Positions 34,955 through 45,755 of a stretch of DNA of 64,000 bases are shown here, piece after piece. Position 1 is the stretch's first letter. The number at the start of each line of letters is the position of its first letter. The DNA lies in NCBI GenBank assembly GCA_965240325.2, contig OZ251222.1:1240001-1304000 (forward strand). Direction: 5' to 3'. The notes under the pieces are model-generated. The model was not told where the DNA came from. It ran no database searches and was given only the letters and a program-made list of their open reading frames with translations. The stretch comes from Rebecca billardiae RCC1528 (taxonomy: Eukaryota; Protista; Haptophyta). The position numbers were made by a program, and so were the translations under genes.

Positions 34955-36055
34955 TCATTGAGGTGGTTTTCGATGCTGCTGCTGCTGCATCGTGCACCGG
35001 GCCTTTCTCTCTTCTCTGAGAAAGGCGATGACAACGTCCCTGGCGGCCTCGCGCAACTGGAGCTTGAGCTCTGCGCCAAACCCGCTTGCGCTTGTGATGA
35101 CGCCGTCGTCCACCAGCGCTTGCACAACGTCCGCCTCGAGCTCAGCGAGCAGGATCGCGTATGCCCTGCGCGCAGTTGGGTCTACTCGTCCAATCTTGCT
35201 CAAGGCGGCATGCAGGCGGTTCTCGTTGACGTGCGCGAGCATCTCGTACTTCACGACGTCGGTCGCCTCGGTCTGCTCGCGCGCGGCTCGTGGGTCTGCG
35301 GCGCCACCTGCTGACCCGGCACGAGAGGTGCGCCAGTCCTTGTTGGTGTACTGCGTCTCGCTGAACTCGGGGATCTTGTGCTTGACGAGGTGGCGCACCC
35401 CCGACGCCCGCTCCCGAATAGGTCTGATCACCACGCCTTCCGCGTAGTTGGGCTCCTGTAGCGGTGGGAGCCCGAGACGACTGGGTAGCGTGCTTCCAAA
35501 GTGCTGCGGATGGTCGTGCACACAGGCGTGCATGGGCCCCACCATCAACGGCTGCGCGAAGAGGAAGCCGGCTCGGTCGCACAGCTGGCACGCGTCGTCG
35601 TAGTCGAGAAAGCGATGAGGAGAGGAGCTGCCCACTATCGCGACGTCGAAGCAGACGAAGCACAGGGACGGCGAGTACCAGACCCCGCGTTGCACGGGCC
35701 TGATCCCCTCGGCAGCCTCAACAGAGGGATGAGGGTAGTGCCCGCCGCACAACTCGCCGTAGATGGTGAGCGAAAGGGGGCTCCTGGAAGTAGCAAGATC
35801 CCACGCGCGGCGTGCAAGGGCAGCCAGCCTCGTCGCCAGACCCTGCGAGCGGAACGAGTAGAAATCGTCCGAGTCGGCCAGCACCCCGCTGCGCTTTGCA
35901 AACTCGACAGGCTTGTCGGGCCCGCGGACAATGATCGAGAAGTTGGCGCCGTGAATTTTCTCCGTCACCACGGCCATGTCGTCGACGCACGTGACGTCGG
36001 GGGAGACCAGCGGGATCTTCGGGTATTTCTGCCACTCGTCGTGTGGCACCGCCAT
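34955..36055 (-). CDS. RNA ligase, Rnl2 family (T4 Rnl2 / kinetoplastid REL-like), intronless
   Basis: Motif I TEKIHGANFS, Ia FAKRSG, III IYGELCGGHYPH, VQRGVWYSP, IIIa FDV, IV AEGVVIRP, V KHK..FSE, and C-domain NENRL..LSKIG. ATG at 36055. Confidence 0.9.
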   Translation of the reverse strand: MAVPHDEWQKYPKIPLVSPDVTCVDDMAVVTEKIHGANFSIIVRGPDKPVEFAKRSGVLADSDDFYSFRSQGLATRLAALARRAWDLATSRSPLSLTIYGELCGGHYPHPSVEAAEGIRPVQRGVWYSPSLCFVCFDVAIVGSSSPHRFLDYDDACQLCDRAGFLFAQPLMVGPMHACVHDHPQHFGSTLPSRLGLPPLQEPNYAEGVVIRPIRERASGVRHLVKHKIPEFSETQYTNKDWRTSRAGSAGGAADPRAAREQTEATDVVKYEMLAHVNENRLHAALSKIGRVDPTARRAYAILLAELEADVVQALVDDGVITSASGFGAELKLQLREAARDVVIAFLREERKARCTMQQQQHRKPPQ

Positions 36056-36286
36056 GACGGCCGTGCTCCGTTGCCGTGTCCACGCCAGCTGGACTAGCCA
36101 GTCCGGAGGCTGGGCAGCGCGCGCGCCCGTTGGCCACAGGAAGTTCCGAAAGTACAGGACTGGTAGGTCCTGGACTTTATTCGATACTGCGCACCCTGGG
36201 CGAAACGCCGCCCGCCACCCGGGCTTCAAAATCATCATCGGCTGGGACGCGCGCCCTCGCCGGCGTCGCGAACACCGACACGAGTC

Positions 36287-37186
36287 ATGTCGATCATGTG
36301 CACACCCCCGCAGGAGCGCGTCATCCTCGGCCCAATCTATGATCGCGCGCTTCAGCGCGGCGATGCACCAATCAGCCCCGAAGGAGAGCTCCTCGCGGCC
36401 CAGGCCATCGCCAAGCTCGGCACGCGCAAGGCGATCGACAGCACGCCCAAGTCGGCGCGGAAGCCCGCCTCCGCAAAGCAGCCAAGCCGCGAGCTCGAGC
36501 TGGAGCCGAGCGAGCACACTCTGACCGACGTTGATACCGAGAACATCACGCCGCCGCGCGCGGGCGCCAGCGCCGCAAACGTCTCGCCGCAGCGCGAGAC
36601 TGCCGATGCAGAGCAGACGGAGCAGGCGGAGCCGGAGGAGGTTGTGCCGGCACAGGTGACGCTCGATGCCACCGACGCGTGGGAGTCTGGCCCGAACGTT
36701 GGCGTCTCGATCGCAATCGGACTCATGTTTGCCGCTGCATGCAGTGCGCTCGTTGCGCTGGCAGCCATCATGGCCGCGCTGAAGACCTCTGGCGTCCCAC
36801 CCTCGACCGACGAGCTCGGCGTGCTTGTCGTGAGCTTGATCGAGCCAGTCCCAAGCTTTGACGAGGTCCGCGCGGCCATAGCCGGCCTGGGATCTGCCGC
36901 TGCTGCCGTGATCGGACCGGACGTGGCCGCTGCCGCCGCGATCAACCTGACGCACATGTGGCGCGCCGCGACGGCGGCCGCGCGCAAGGCTGATGAGCTC
37001 GTGCCTGCGCAGCTCACCCACGGTATCGCGGCGGCGTTCGCCCGCGCGCTGAGCTTCGTGTGCGAGAGTATCTGGCCAAGCGACGTGCCCGTCTCGGACC
37101 TGCCCAAGCTCGCGGAGGAGCCCGCTGCCGCTCACAAGCGTAGCTCGCGCGGCTGGATGGAAGAGGCGATGATGCTTGCTTCGTGA
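36287..37186 (+). CDS. Hypothetical membrane protein (299 aa)
   Basis: ATG-started ORF with natural composition and a TM segment (VSIAIGLMFAAACSALVALAAIMAAL). Divergent from the ligase. Confidence 0.6.
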   Translation: MSIMCTPPQERVILGPIYDRALQRGDAPISPEGELLAAQAIAKLGTRKAIDSTPKSARKPASAKQPSRELELEPSEHTLTDVDTENITPPRAGASAANVSPQRETADAEQTEQAEPEEVVPAQVTLDATDAWESGPNVGVSIAIGLMFAAACSALVALAAIMAALKTSGVPPSTDELGVLVVSLIEPVPSFDEVRAAIAGLGSAAAAVIGPDVAAAAAINLTHMWRAATAAARKADELVPAQLTHGIAAAFARALSFVCESIWPSDVPVSDLPKLAEEPAAAHKRSSRGWMEEAMMLAS

Positions 37187-37493
37187 TATGACGACGGCAG
37201 TTGCCGCGCGCGGGAGCGACACTTGTCGCATCCATGGTTGAGCGCGGCCGGGCGCATGCACTTTGTCTTTGAGCTGGAAAGCCTGCCACTGCTTCCAAGC
37301 CGCATTGCGCGGCGTCGTTTCGAGACGTTCCATCACCGCCTATATATGCTGTGCCGCCCTTACGGCCGCCGACTCGCCGCCCGCGTTTCCCGCGGCCAGC
37401 AAGTGCCTGAAATTATAAATAATTAGCAGACAGTCTCAGTCTGAGTCAGACTCAGTGCCACCGTGACTGTGACATTAATAGTATTATCATAAT

Positions 37494-39295
37494 GACCGCG
37501 TTCCGCGGTGACGGTCCTTCCGTAGAACCAACGTAGTTAGGGGCCCGTGGTGCAGCGGTGCAACGCCCGTGCAACCTGAACTCCTCCGTCGGCTGCTGTC
37601 GATCAGTCTGACTGACATGGCGGGCCGAGGACTGTCGCCGCGGGCCGCGCGGCGGGAAGCGCGGCCGCCGGGGCGGCGCGCGCGCGCAGGGCGAGAGGCG
37701 CCGCGCGGCGCGGGCCGGCGCGTGCGGGCGTGCGGGCGCACCTGCTTGAGGTGCTCGCGCTGCGCCATGCGCTCGACGACGGGCTGCTGGTCGCTCAGGC
37801 CTCAGCCGGCGCGCCTCGTGCCGGCAGAGCGAGAGTGCGCGCCACTGGCAGCGGGCACTGCTGCCCCAGCCTGCGCCGCGCAGCCGCGCACCGATCGCCA
37901 GAGGCGAGACCGAGCGGAGCTCGGAGTGGAACGAGGCGAGCGGCGCGTTGCGCCTGCCGCCGCGCGTGCGCGCCTGCTCCACCGCGCCGCGCCGTGCTCG
38001 CCCGCCGCCTCCTCGTCCGCCACGTCGGCCTCGAAGCCACGGCGGCGGCCAGCCAGCGCGGCAGGCCGTGACAATCGGCAGCCCGTGGCCGTGCGTGCTC
38101 GCCGAGTTGCTGCTGCTGCACCTCCGGCGCGGTCGACGACCGAGTTGAGGAGGAGCTCGCGCTCGGCGTCGAGGAGCGAGCTCGCGAGCTCGAGCTCGCC
38201 CTTCAGCCGCGCTAGCTCCGGGCGCATCCGGCTCATCTCCGCTGCGGCGTGCCGTCGCGGCGCGCTCCCGTCCTCATTCCTCAAGCGACGAGCTCGCGTA
38301 ATGCTCCGGACTCGGCTCGCCCTTGCGCGCTCCTCATCGAGCGACGAACGCGCCCGCGGGTAGGTTGTTGGGCGCGCGCTGACTCGGCGTGACTCGGCCA
38401 CGCGGCCCGGCAAGACGACAGACCGGTGGGCGCGCTCGGTGAGAGCGGAGCGCGAGGGCCGGGCGAGACGGAGTAGACGCGGGGCCTGCGAGGCGACAGG
38501 CGCGCTCGGGGAGAGCAGAGTGCGAGGGCGAGAGGCAGCGGCCGGCCGGCCCCCGCCACCACCTCGCGCACCGCGGCGTACTGCGGCGGCACGCGCACGC
38601 ACGGTCCCCGGTCCGAGTCAAGCGCTCCACGTCGCGGCTCGCGCCGGCGCGTACCGGCGCGAGTCGTCAAGGGCCTTGCCCCATAGTGCAATTTCGTCTA
38701 CGTGCTGTATATATTCGTCACGAATACCCTTTACGGAGTGATCATCTTTTGCCTCTGCAGTGCGCCCTCTAGTGGCTTCCGCGGGAACCATGTCCATTTA
38801 GTATTTACGACCATGCACGTTATTCAACCGTATCGCGTCGGAATATCAGATCGGGAACCCCCTTGGTAGAATACCCTGCTACTGTAGGACCCTCGTGCAC
38901 ATGCACTTTTAAAAAACACGTCCGGCCCTGGGTCCGGTTGGTCCCGGACTGGCGACCACGTTTTGTTCCGTATGAATATTTACAACAAATCGTAGCTAGA
39001 TATTCGTTCACTACGTACCCAGATATACTGCTGACAAATGCACGTCCACAGGCTCACGTCCGTCCGTAGATAGGCGGATTGACCGGGCGCGGCTATTTTG
39101 TCAATCGCGTCTTGCTAATGGAGAGCAATGGGCCGATGTACCCCGCCTCGAAAAAGCAAAAACTCACCCTCCAACAGCCCTCAAAATCGTCCCCCGTCCC
39201 CTTTGGCTTTGATCAAAAGATCTTTTTGACAACGTAGTGATGAGGGCCCCCGGCGGGGCTCCACGCTACGCGCTCCGCCCTACACCGCGGGCCAT
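37494..39295 (-). mobile_element. Helentron/Helitron2-like non-autonomous element A carrying a disrupted coiled-coil gene fragment
   Basis: Shares the 5' end (ATGGCCCGCGGTG.AGGGCGGAGCGCG...CAAAAAGATCTTT..GGGACGGGGGACGATTTT) and the 3' end (GGGCCC..AACTACGTT.GTTCTACGGAA plus GC hairpin) with 55036-56679. Confidence 0.65.
37607..38791 (-). pseudogene. Frameshifted, intron-containing coiled-coil gene fragments inside element A
   Basis: MVPAEAT..IQHVDEIALWGKALDDSRRY shifts frame to VERLTRTGD. A later heptad-rich segment reads ELARLKGELELASSLLDAERELLL, and HLKQ is followed by a GTGCGC donor. Confidence 0.4.
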
Positions 39296-39689
39296 GAATA
39301 CTGCAGCCACTATGACTAAGCTAGGCACTAGCCTGTAGCCAGCTAGATGAGTAGATATACTGAGTATTATTATAAGCTAATCATATCTAGCCTGACGATT
39401 GAATTTGATTTCGATTGACTTTATATTGCAATATGCCATACTTACATTAACATTAATATTGCGAATGCGATACTAAGCGATTGTCCGGCTTGTCCGCTCC
39501 GGCTCGCGGACTCAGTCACTCAGTGTGTACTGACTAGATAGACCGACCGTACGGACTAGCTACAGTATAGCCACTGATAACTGGTAGTACGGTACGGTGA
39601 CTGCGTAGGAGCCGCTGTAGATTCTGCGACTGCGGTCGGTTTGCTGATGATGCCGCCAATAACCTTCGGCAGCTGATAGCCACTGGACA

Positions 39690-40547
39690 TTATGTATGCG
39701 AGACACGACGGCGATAGGGATCCTCAGCAAACTCGTGCCCTGCGCGCGTCATCTCACGGGAACACGCGTCGGGGGAGTCAAAGTGGACCCTTGGGCCGTG
39801 GCCAGGTGCAAGGACAGTGAACGTCTCGCTGGCGAGTTCGCGAATCGTCTTCGCCTGCGTCACAATGTCCTTGCCGAATCGCGCGGAACCATCCAGGCGT
39901 CCCATATCAGGCCGTGCTGTCAGATGATCTCCGGAGAACAGCACTCGCTGTCCCCCCGTTGCTGACTCTTCGGCGAGCACACAGACGCTCCCTGGGGTGT
40001 GGCCGGGCGTGGAAAGCACATGAATGCCGGGCGCAAGCGTCCAACGGCCCAGGCGCCCCTCGCTTGGGGACTGAAAGGCGGAGGCTGCAAGCCTCGTCTC
40101 GATGTCCTGCGTGTCCACGCCTGGCCACTCCGCGCCGGTGCTCACGTCAGCCTCGTGGATGACCCGCTCGAGGTTTGGAAAACGAGCCTTCCAACGGTCG
40201 TGGTCCTTGGTGTCATGTCCGTGCGTGATGACCATGTACGCTGGGTGCATGCCATCCAAAGCTGCTTCGATGTTAACGGCAAGGTCCTCGGAGAAGTCCA
40301 CGCTGTTGATCATGACGCTCGGGCTCGAGCGGATCAAGTAGCTAAGTTCGAAGGCGTTGGGGTCACCGAGCACGCTCACGAGCGGTGTGAGCGAGGAGAT
40401 TGCGATTGTGCTCGTCGACACTGTTTTGTTTTTAGGGTCGAGGGCGAAGTCGAATGGCACGCTCGCCATCACCGGCACCGAGGACGACATGCCACGCGCA
40501 GCAAAGATCCCTCGTACGACGTGTCTCGCGAGAGTCACCGTTGACAT
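39690..40547 (-). CDS. Metallo-beta-lactamase-fold hydrolase
   Basis: ITHGHDTKDH, TPGHTPGS, FSGDHL, APGHG. The N-terminus resembles an organellar transit peptide. The start is uncertain. Confidence 0.85.
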   Translation of the reverse strand: MSTVTLARHVVRGIFAARGMSSSVPVMASVPFDFALDPKNKTVSTSTIAISSLTPLVSVLGDPNAFELSYLIRSSPSVMINSVDFSEDLAVNIEAALDGMHPAYMVITHGHDTKDHDRWKARFPNLERVIHEADVSTGAEWPGVDTQDIETRLAASAFQSPSEGRLGRWTLAPGIHVLSTPGHTPGSVCVLAEESATGGQRVLFSGDHLTARPDMGRLDGSARFGKDIVTQAKTIRELASETFTVLAPGHGPRVHFDSPDACSREMTRAGHEFAEDPYRRRVSHT

Positions 40548-40710
40548 GCGACCGTCGTGCACGGAGGCGGAGGTGGAGAGGAGGACGGACGGGAGCACGT
40601 TCCACGAGCGACCGCCGAGAGTGTTCGCCGCGGACGTGGCGGCGCGCGGTACAATTTTGTTAATTTTAGGTTTGCTTCTAGCAATCTAGCTTCATGACGA
40701 CGGTATATTG

Positions 40711-40767
40711 TACCCCCATACAGTTTACTAAGAATAAGAGACGCACACAGCTCAGGCAGGCGAGATT
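40711..40767 (+). repeat. 57-bp dispersed repeat; other copies at 29738-29786(-), 47846-47876(-), 8064-8086(-), 1261-1275(+)
   Basis: TACCCCCATACAGTTTACTAAGAATAAGAGACGCACACAGCTCAGGCAGGCGAGATT, with near-identical partial copies. Confidence 0.85.
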
Positions 40768-40820
40768 GACGCCCGCCAACGGCCGTACTGTTTTAGTGGC
40801 AGTAGCTAAAACTACCTTGC

Positions 40821-40887
40821 CAATGTCAGCGCTACTATCATAGTATCATACTACTAGCGTCTAGCCGTGCGATGCGCGCGCGTGCGT
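40821..40887 (+). repeat. 67-bp direct repeat; second copy at 45265-45331
   Basis: CAATGTCAGCGCTACTA(T/C)CATAGTATCATACTACTAGCGTCTAGCCGTGCGATGCGCGCGCGTGCGT, with 1 mismatch between copies. Confidence 0.92.
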
Positions 40888-41366
40888 GCCTTCGTTGAGC
40901 ATGTTGGTCTCAGTGTGCATGGGGAGAGTGCCCGCGCCACCGGTGGGGGTGGGGCGACCGGGACCACTAGCCCCGGTCGTCCCCTGGCGCGAGGCAGAGC
41001 CGCGAGCTCCGCCCCTGCCATCAGAGAGGTTGCTGCCGGTCATGTCGGCCGTGTTCTCGGCCCGTACGACATTGTGCCGTTCATCGTCTGGGAGGTCGGT
41101 GTGCACCGTAGGCGTCGGTGCGTGTTGTGACTCGTCGACGTCCATGCCGTCTACGACACCCTGTGCGGACGTCACGCCCGGCGCCCGCCACGCCGGGGTG
41201 CCTCGCGCGCGTGCGTGCAGGGGGCGGCTGGGGTAACTGACGATGGGGTCGAGGAGTGTGTCGTCACCTCATTGGCACCAGTCATTCACGACAGATTGGG
41301 ATGCATAGCACTTGTTTAGCAGGGTTCATACTCCCATAGAGTTGCAATAGCGTACACATGGACTAA

Positions 41367-44001
41367 CACAGTGCAGGATTGGAATTTTCCGTGACGCTTC
41401 GGACGGTCCGCAGCTCGAGTCAGCGAATCCGGTCTCGGCCGGACAGTGGAACTCGGGTGGAAGCCGCGACTTCGCGGCGGACGGAGCCTCAAACGAGCGG
41501 TGCCTCGGCTCGCGGCGCGATCTACTCGGCGAAGACCGACGAGGCTGCTCGCGGGCCCGACTATGCGTCGACGCGGGCTGGGGTCGTCTTCCGCGTGGCG
41601 CTGGGCAAGTTCCTCGCCGCCCTGACGGGTGCTCTCCTTTCGCCCTCACGGCGCGCGCGGTGCGTTTCGCGAGCTTCTTGCATGCGCCGCCCGCGGTTGC
41701 GCCCGAGCCTGATGCTTCAGTCGACACGGCAGGTGGCTCGCGCAGGGTGGGATTGTGTGCGGGTGCCGCTGGCGGTGCGTCTCACCCTCCTGAAATTGTG
41801 TGGGAGGCTGTGACATTGCACGCGTACACCCCGCCACGCCCGCGGCCCGCCCGCGCAAACGCCGCGCCGCGCAGTTGTCTTTGACCTCGAGCGAGCCTGA
41901 GGCGTGGAGGCGACCGACGGCGGGGTGCGACTTGCCCACCGACCCGAGCCGCATCACCCAGCGCAGCCTCGCCCGCGACGACGCTTCGCCTGGCTGCCAC
42001 TGCTCAGCCGCGTGCAAGGCGGGCTGGGCGACGTCTTAGTGCCGAGCGCGGCTGCAGCGCAGCACGCGAGAGGCTGGAGCGCCATGACGCGGATGGCGGA
42101 GCGGGCTTTGGGCTGGCTGGCATGAGCCGCCAGGCTGTACCGTCCGCGCAGATCGCGCTCGGCCCGGCCGCAGCCCTCCTGAGCGCGCGCCTCAGAGCTG
42201 AGACTGATCACGTGCACGCGCACAAGCCACACTGCCGTGGCTGTGTCGAGCAGCTGCGTGTGCTCGAGGCGCGGCGCTCGCACGGGCCACGCGGGCGCAG
42301 CGGGTGCGCGCAGCTGGCGCACGCAGTGCCACGTCCTGCCGCGCCAGTTTGGCGGCCGTCCGCCCCCCCGAGCTCGAGTTCTGCGCGCTTTGCGACCGCG
42401 CGGCCGGCCGCGCCCATCTTCATGCTTGGGCACGCCAGCATGGCCGCCGCCGGGCCTGCTGCGCGCGCCGAAGCTGGAGGGCGGAGGAGGGCGCTGGGCT
42501 GCTCCTACGGCGTGCTGCAGCCCGGGCAGGCTTTTCCGCGGCGCGGCGAGGCCGTCGCGCCTGCTCGCCGCCGTCGAGTCGCCCGTGCTGAGTGACCGTC
42601 GGCCGCATGTGCTCGGCGGCACCGCAGGCAGGCGTCCCATACCAGTGTGCTCGAGCCGCTGCGCGCACCCAAGGCGAGCTGCTCGAGCGGGCTAGGTGGG
42701 CCCACGGAGTGCGCGCAGCTGGCGCACGCAGCCCCGCGTCATGGGGTGTCGGTTTGACGGTCGCCAGCCCCCGTGGGCTCGAGCTCTGTGCGCTTCACCA
42801 CGGAGGTGCCGACGGCGCCCCGCGGCGCGCAACGGCGTGGCAGCATGGCTGCCGCCGGCGCCGCCGCACATGCCGCCGCTTACGGGCAGTCGAGAGCTTG
42901 GGGCAGCACCTACGGCATGCTGCAGCTCGGGCGGGCTCTGCCAGCCTGCTGTGGCGTGATCGCGCATTTTCCAGACCGTCGACTCGCCCGCGCTGCATAT
43001 TTGTTTGCTGCGCGTGCTCGACGGCGCCGCTGCTGCCGCTACGGCCGCGCGTTGCTGCGTCGCGAGCGAGCCCGATGCGAGCTGAACGGCGGCGTGCTCA
43101 TCGCTGCTGGCGCAGATGGGCGCGTCATGGTGGCCACGCACGATGCTGAGTGCTCGCGCGTGCCAGACGAGGCGCGTGCTCGCGCTGTGGCTCAATGTCC
43201 GGCAGTGCGCGTGGCAGGCCGCAGCTGCTCGACCACAGAACCAGCGGGCAGTGATCGGGCTGCGCGCGCGCAGCTGATGGCGGCGAACGAGCGAGCCCGC
43301 ACCGCCGCGCAAGGGCTGGGCGACTGGCGCCGAGGTGGCGCGCACGTCGTCCGCTGCCGTTGGCATCGCGGCGGACGCTTCAAGCTCGTTCGGCCGGCGT
43401 GTTTTCTCCGACGCCCACCTGCGAGCGCTGCCGGCACCGTGCTCGGGCGTCAGTATCGGTGGGCTCGAGCACGCGTGGTGAGGCGCTCGGAGCGGTCGAC
43501 GGCTATGATCGGGCAGCGCACGGTGGGCGCAGGCCACGCGCACGCCAGCGCCCCGCGTGGCGTGGCTTCACGGGGCGCAGCCACCAGGAGACTGTGCTGC
43601 GACGAGCTCGGGCGCGCTCGGGCGCCGCTGCTCTGCATTTTCCCGAAAAATCGGTTTTCGTGCCCTCGACCGGCGGTATGCCGCCGGGGTGGCCGCAGCT
43701 GCGCTCGGAGCAGCGCGCACGGGCACCGCCGTGTGCGCCCGCCCGCTTTCACCGCCGCCGAGCTCGAGCACAGCGCTGCGCGGGGCTGCGTAATGCCAAC
43801 GGCGCATGATTTTTTGCCCGCGCCGAGCGCGCGTCGGCGCGCGCAGCGCGCTCAGGTGTGGCCTGCTACCAAGGTCTGTGCCACGATTCGACGCGCCTAT
43901 GGTGCGCCGAATTTAGGCGCACCGCTTCAGAATTGTCCGATGATTCGACTAGTGGTGCGGACAACTTAAAACGTCACCCTGAGCAGTTTTCCGGCACTGT
44001 G
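41367..44001. mobile_element. ~2.6-kb non-autonomous TIR element with CACAGTG termini (CMC/EnSpm-like)
   Basis: Left end CACAGTGCAGGA...GTGACGCTT...GTCCGCA; right end revcomp CACAGTGCCGGA...GTGACGTTT...GTCCGCA, with matching spacing. AA flanks both sides. The interior has degenerate repeats and no recognisable gene. Confidence 0.65.
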
Positions 44002-44340
44002 AATTCTATGATTTAAAGACACAGGCACGAGGGCGCAGCTCTCCTGATTCGTCTGTAGTGGTACTGGTCGAAGCTTGCAGCAGTGGCAGTGGTGTGAGCG
44101 CGTTGATGTTGGTCCCCATGGCGGATGTCGTTGTTGTCGTCGTCCGGACGTCGTCAGGCCCACCAGGAAGTGCATGGGTACGAAATCAAAGGCGAGTGAG
44201 CATGTTGGCGTCGGCCAGGCCGTCCCCTACTTGGTCAGCAGCTGGTGCGGATGATGTCGTCGCCTACTTGGTCAGTGGCAGGTCATGGTGGACGATGGTG
44301 TAGCCTGTTCTTGGTCAGCAGCTGGTGGATGATGTTGTGG

Positions 44341-44852
44341 CCGAAGTTAGTAGTAGTTGGACTCGCCTGAGTTAGTAGTAGTTGGACTCGCCGAAGTTGG
44401 TAGTAGTTGGACTCGCCGAAGTTAGTAGTAGTTGGACTCGCCTGAGTTAGTAGTAGTTGGACTCGCCGAAGTTAGTAGTAGTTGGACTCGCCGAAGTTAG
44501 TAGTAGTTGGACTCGCCGAAGTTAGTAGTAGTTGGACTCGCCGAAGTTAGTAGTGGTTGGACTCGCCGAAGTTAGTAGTAGTAGTTGGACTCGCCGAAGT
44601 TAGTAGTAGTAGTTGGACTCCCCGAAGTTAGTAGTAGTTGGACTCGCCGAAGTTAGTAGTAGTTGGACTCGCCGAGGTTACTAGTAGTAGTTGGACTCGC
44701 CGAGGTTAGTAGTAGTTGGACTCGCCGAAGTTAGTAGTAGTTGGACTCGCCGAAGTTAGTAGTAGTTGGACTTGCCGAAGTTAGTAGTAGTTGGACTCGC
44801 CGAAGTTTGTAGTAGTTGGACTCGCCGAAGTTAGTAGTAGTTGGACTCGCCG
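44341..44852. repeat. 25-bp minisatellite, ~20 copies
   Basis: Unit CCGAAGTTAGTAGTAGTTGGACTCG arranged head-to-tail, with occasional extra triplets and substitutions. Confidence 0.97.
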
Positions 44853-45755
44853 TCGGGGACTGGTTCCGGTACTTGTGGGGGATGGTCGTGTCTCTGCTGG
44901 GCCTGGTGGTTCTGGTTGAGCTCGTCCTCCTCCTCCCCCCCCCCCCCGGCGCTTGGGCAGTTCCCCCACCCTCCCCAGCAGGGGCCTCTGGCCAGCCTGA
45001 GTTCTGCCTGCGGGCCAGTGGCCTCAGTGGGCCTGACCTGGCAGTGCCCTTGGGACTGTGGTCCTGTAATGGCCTCTCCAGTGAGAGATGACCCTGGTCT
45101 GTCCGACGGTGCGCCCGCTGCCAGCCTGGTGGCCACTTGGGACTATGTGCGCCGGTCGTAAAACATATCTCGCTTTTCTTTGTAGTATCTGTCCCCAATC
45201 ACAGCCAATCTTGAACCAAATGAGAATTCTCAAATTCTCAAGAATTCGTAGCCTAAAGAGGGGTCAATGTCAGCGCTACTACCATAGTATCATACTACTA
45301 GCGTCTAGCCGTGCGATGCGCGCGCGTGCGTTTCTAGCCTGCTCAGCGCAGCGGCCTTGCCGCCGACCCTACCGAACAGATTTGCTTTGAAGTGACTCCA
45401 CTCCGGCACTTCCAGTCGAGACTGCGTACTGTCCGATACTGTACAGTAAGAGCCGCTGCTGCTGTGGCCGGCCCGGGAGTCGGGACTCTCGGCTGACAGC
45501 TCGGGCCTGTGGTGCGGCCGGACGGTTCACACTCGGAGTTTCCACGGTTGAGGGATGGAACGCGGGTGTCTGCGCGAGGGGAGCATGGCACATCCCCGAA
45601 AACATCCTTGGGCCCAGCGCGAGATGCAAGTTGCAGATGGAGCCCCGCGTGCCCGCCATTCCATTCTGCGCCCGCGCGCCAAGGTGGCATGGTCGCGGCG
45701 CCTCGCCGCATCCATTGCCCGCTTGCTCGCTCCGGGCACCCTACGGCTGTGGCGC

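Noticed and set aside
34955-37336. 793-aa ORF as an extended ligase fusion
   Set aside because: The N-terminal ~420 aa are largely the antisense shadow of gene 36287..37186. The ligase starts at ATG 36055.
44341-44852. CRISPR array or telomere
   Set aside because: The units are contiguous with no unique spacers, there are no cas genes, the context is eukaryotic, and there is no TTAGGG-type repeat.
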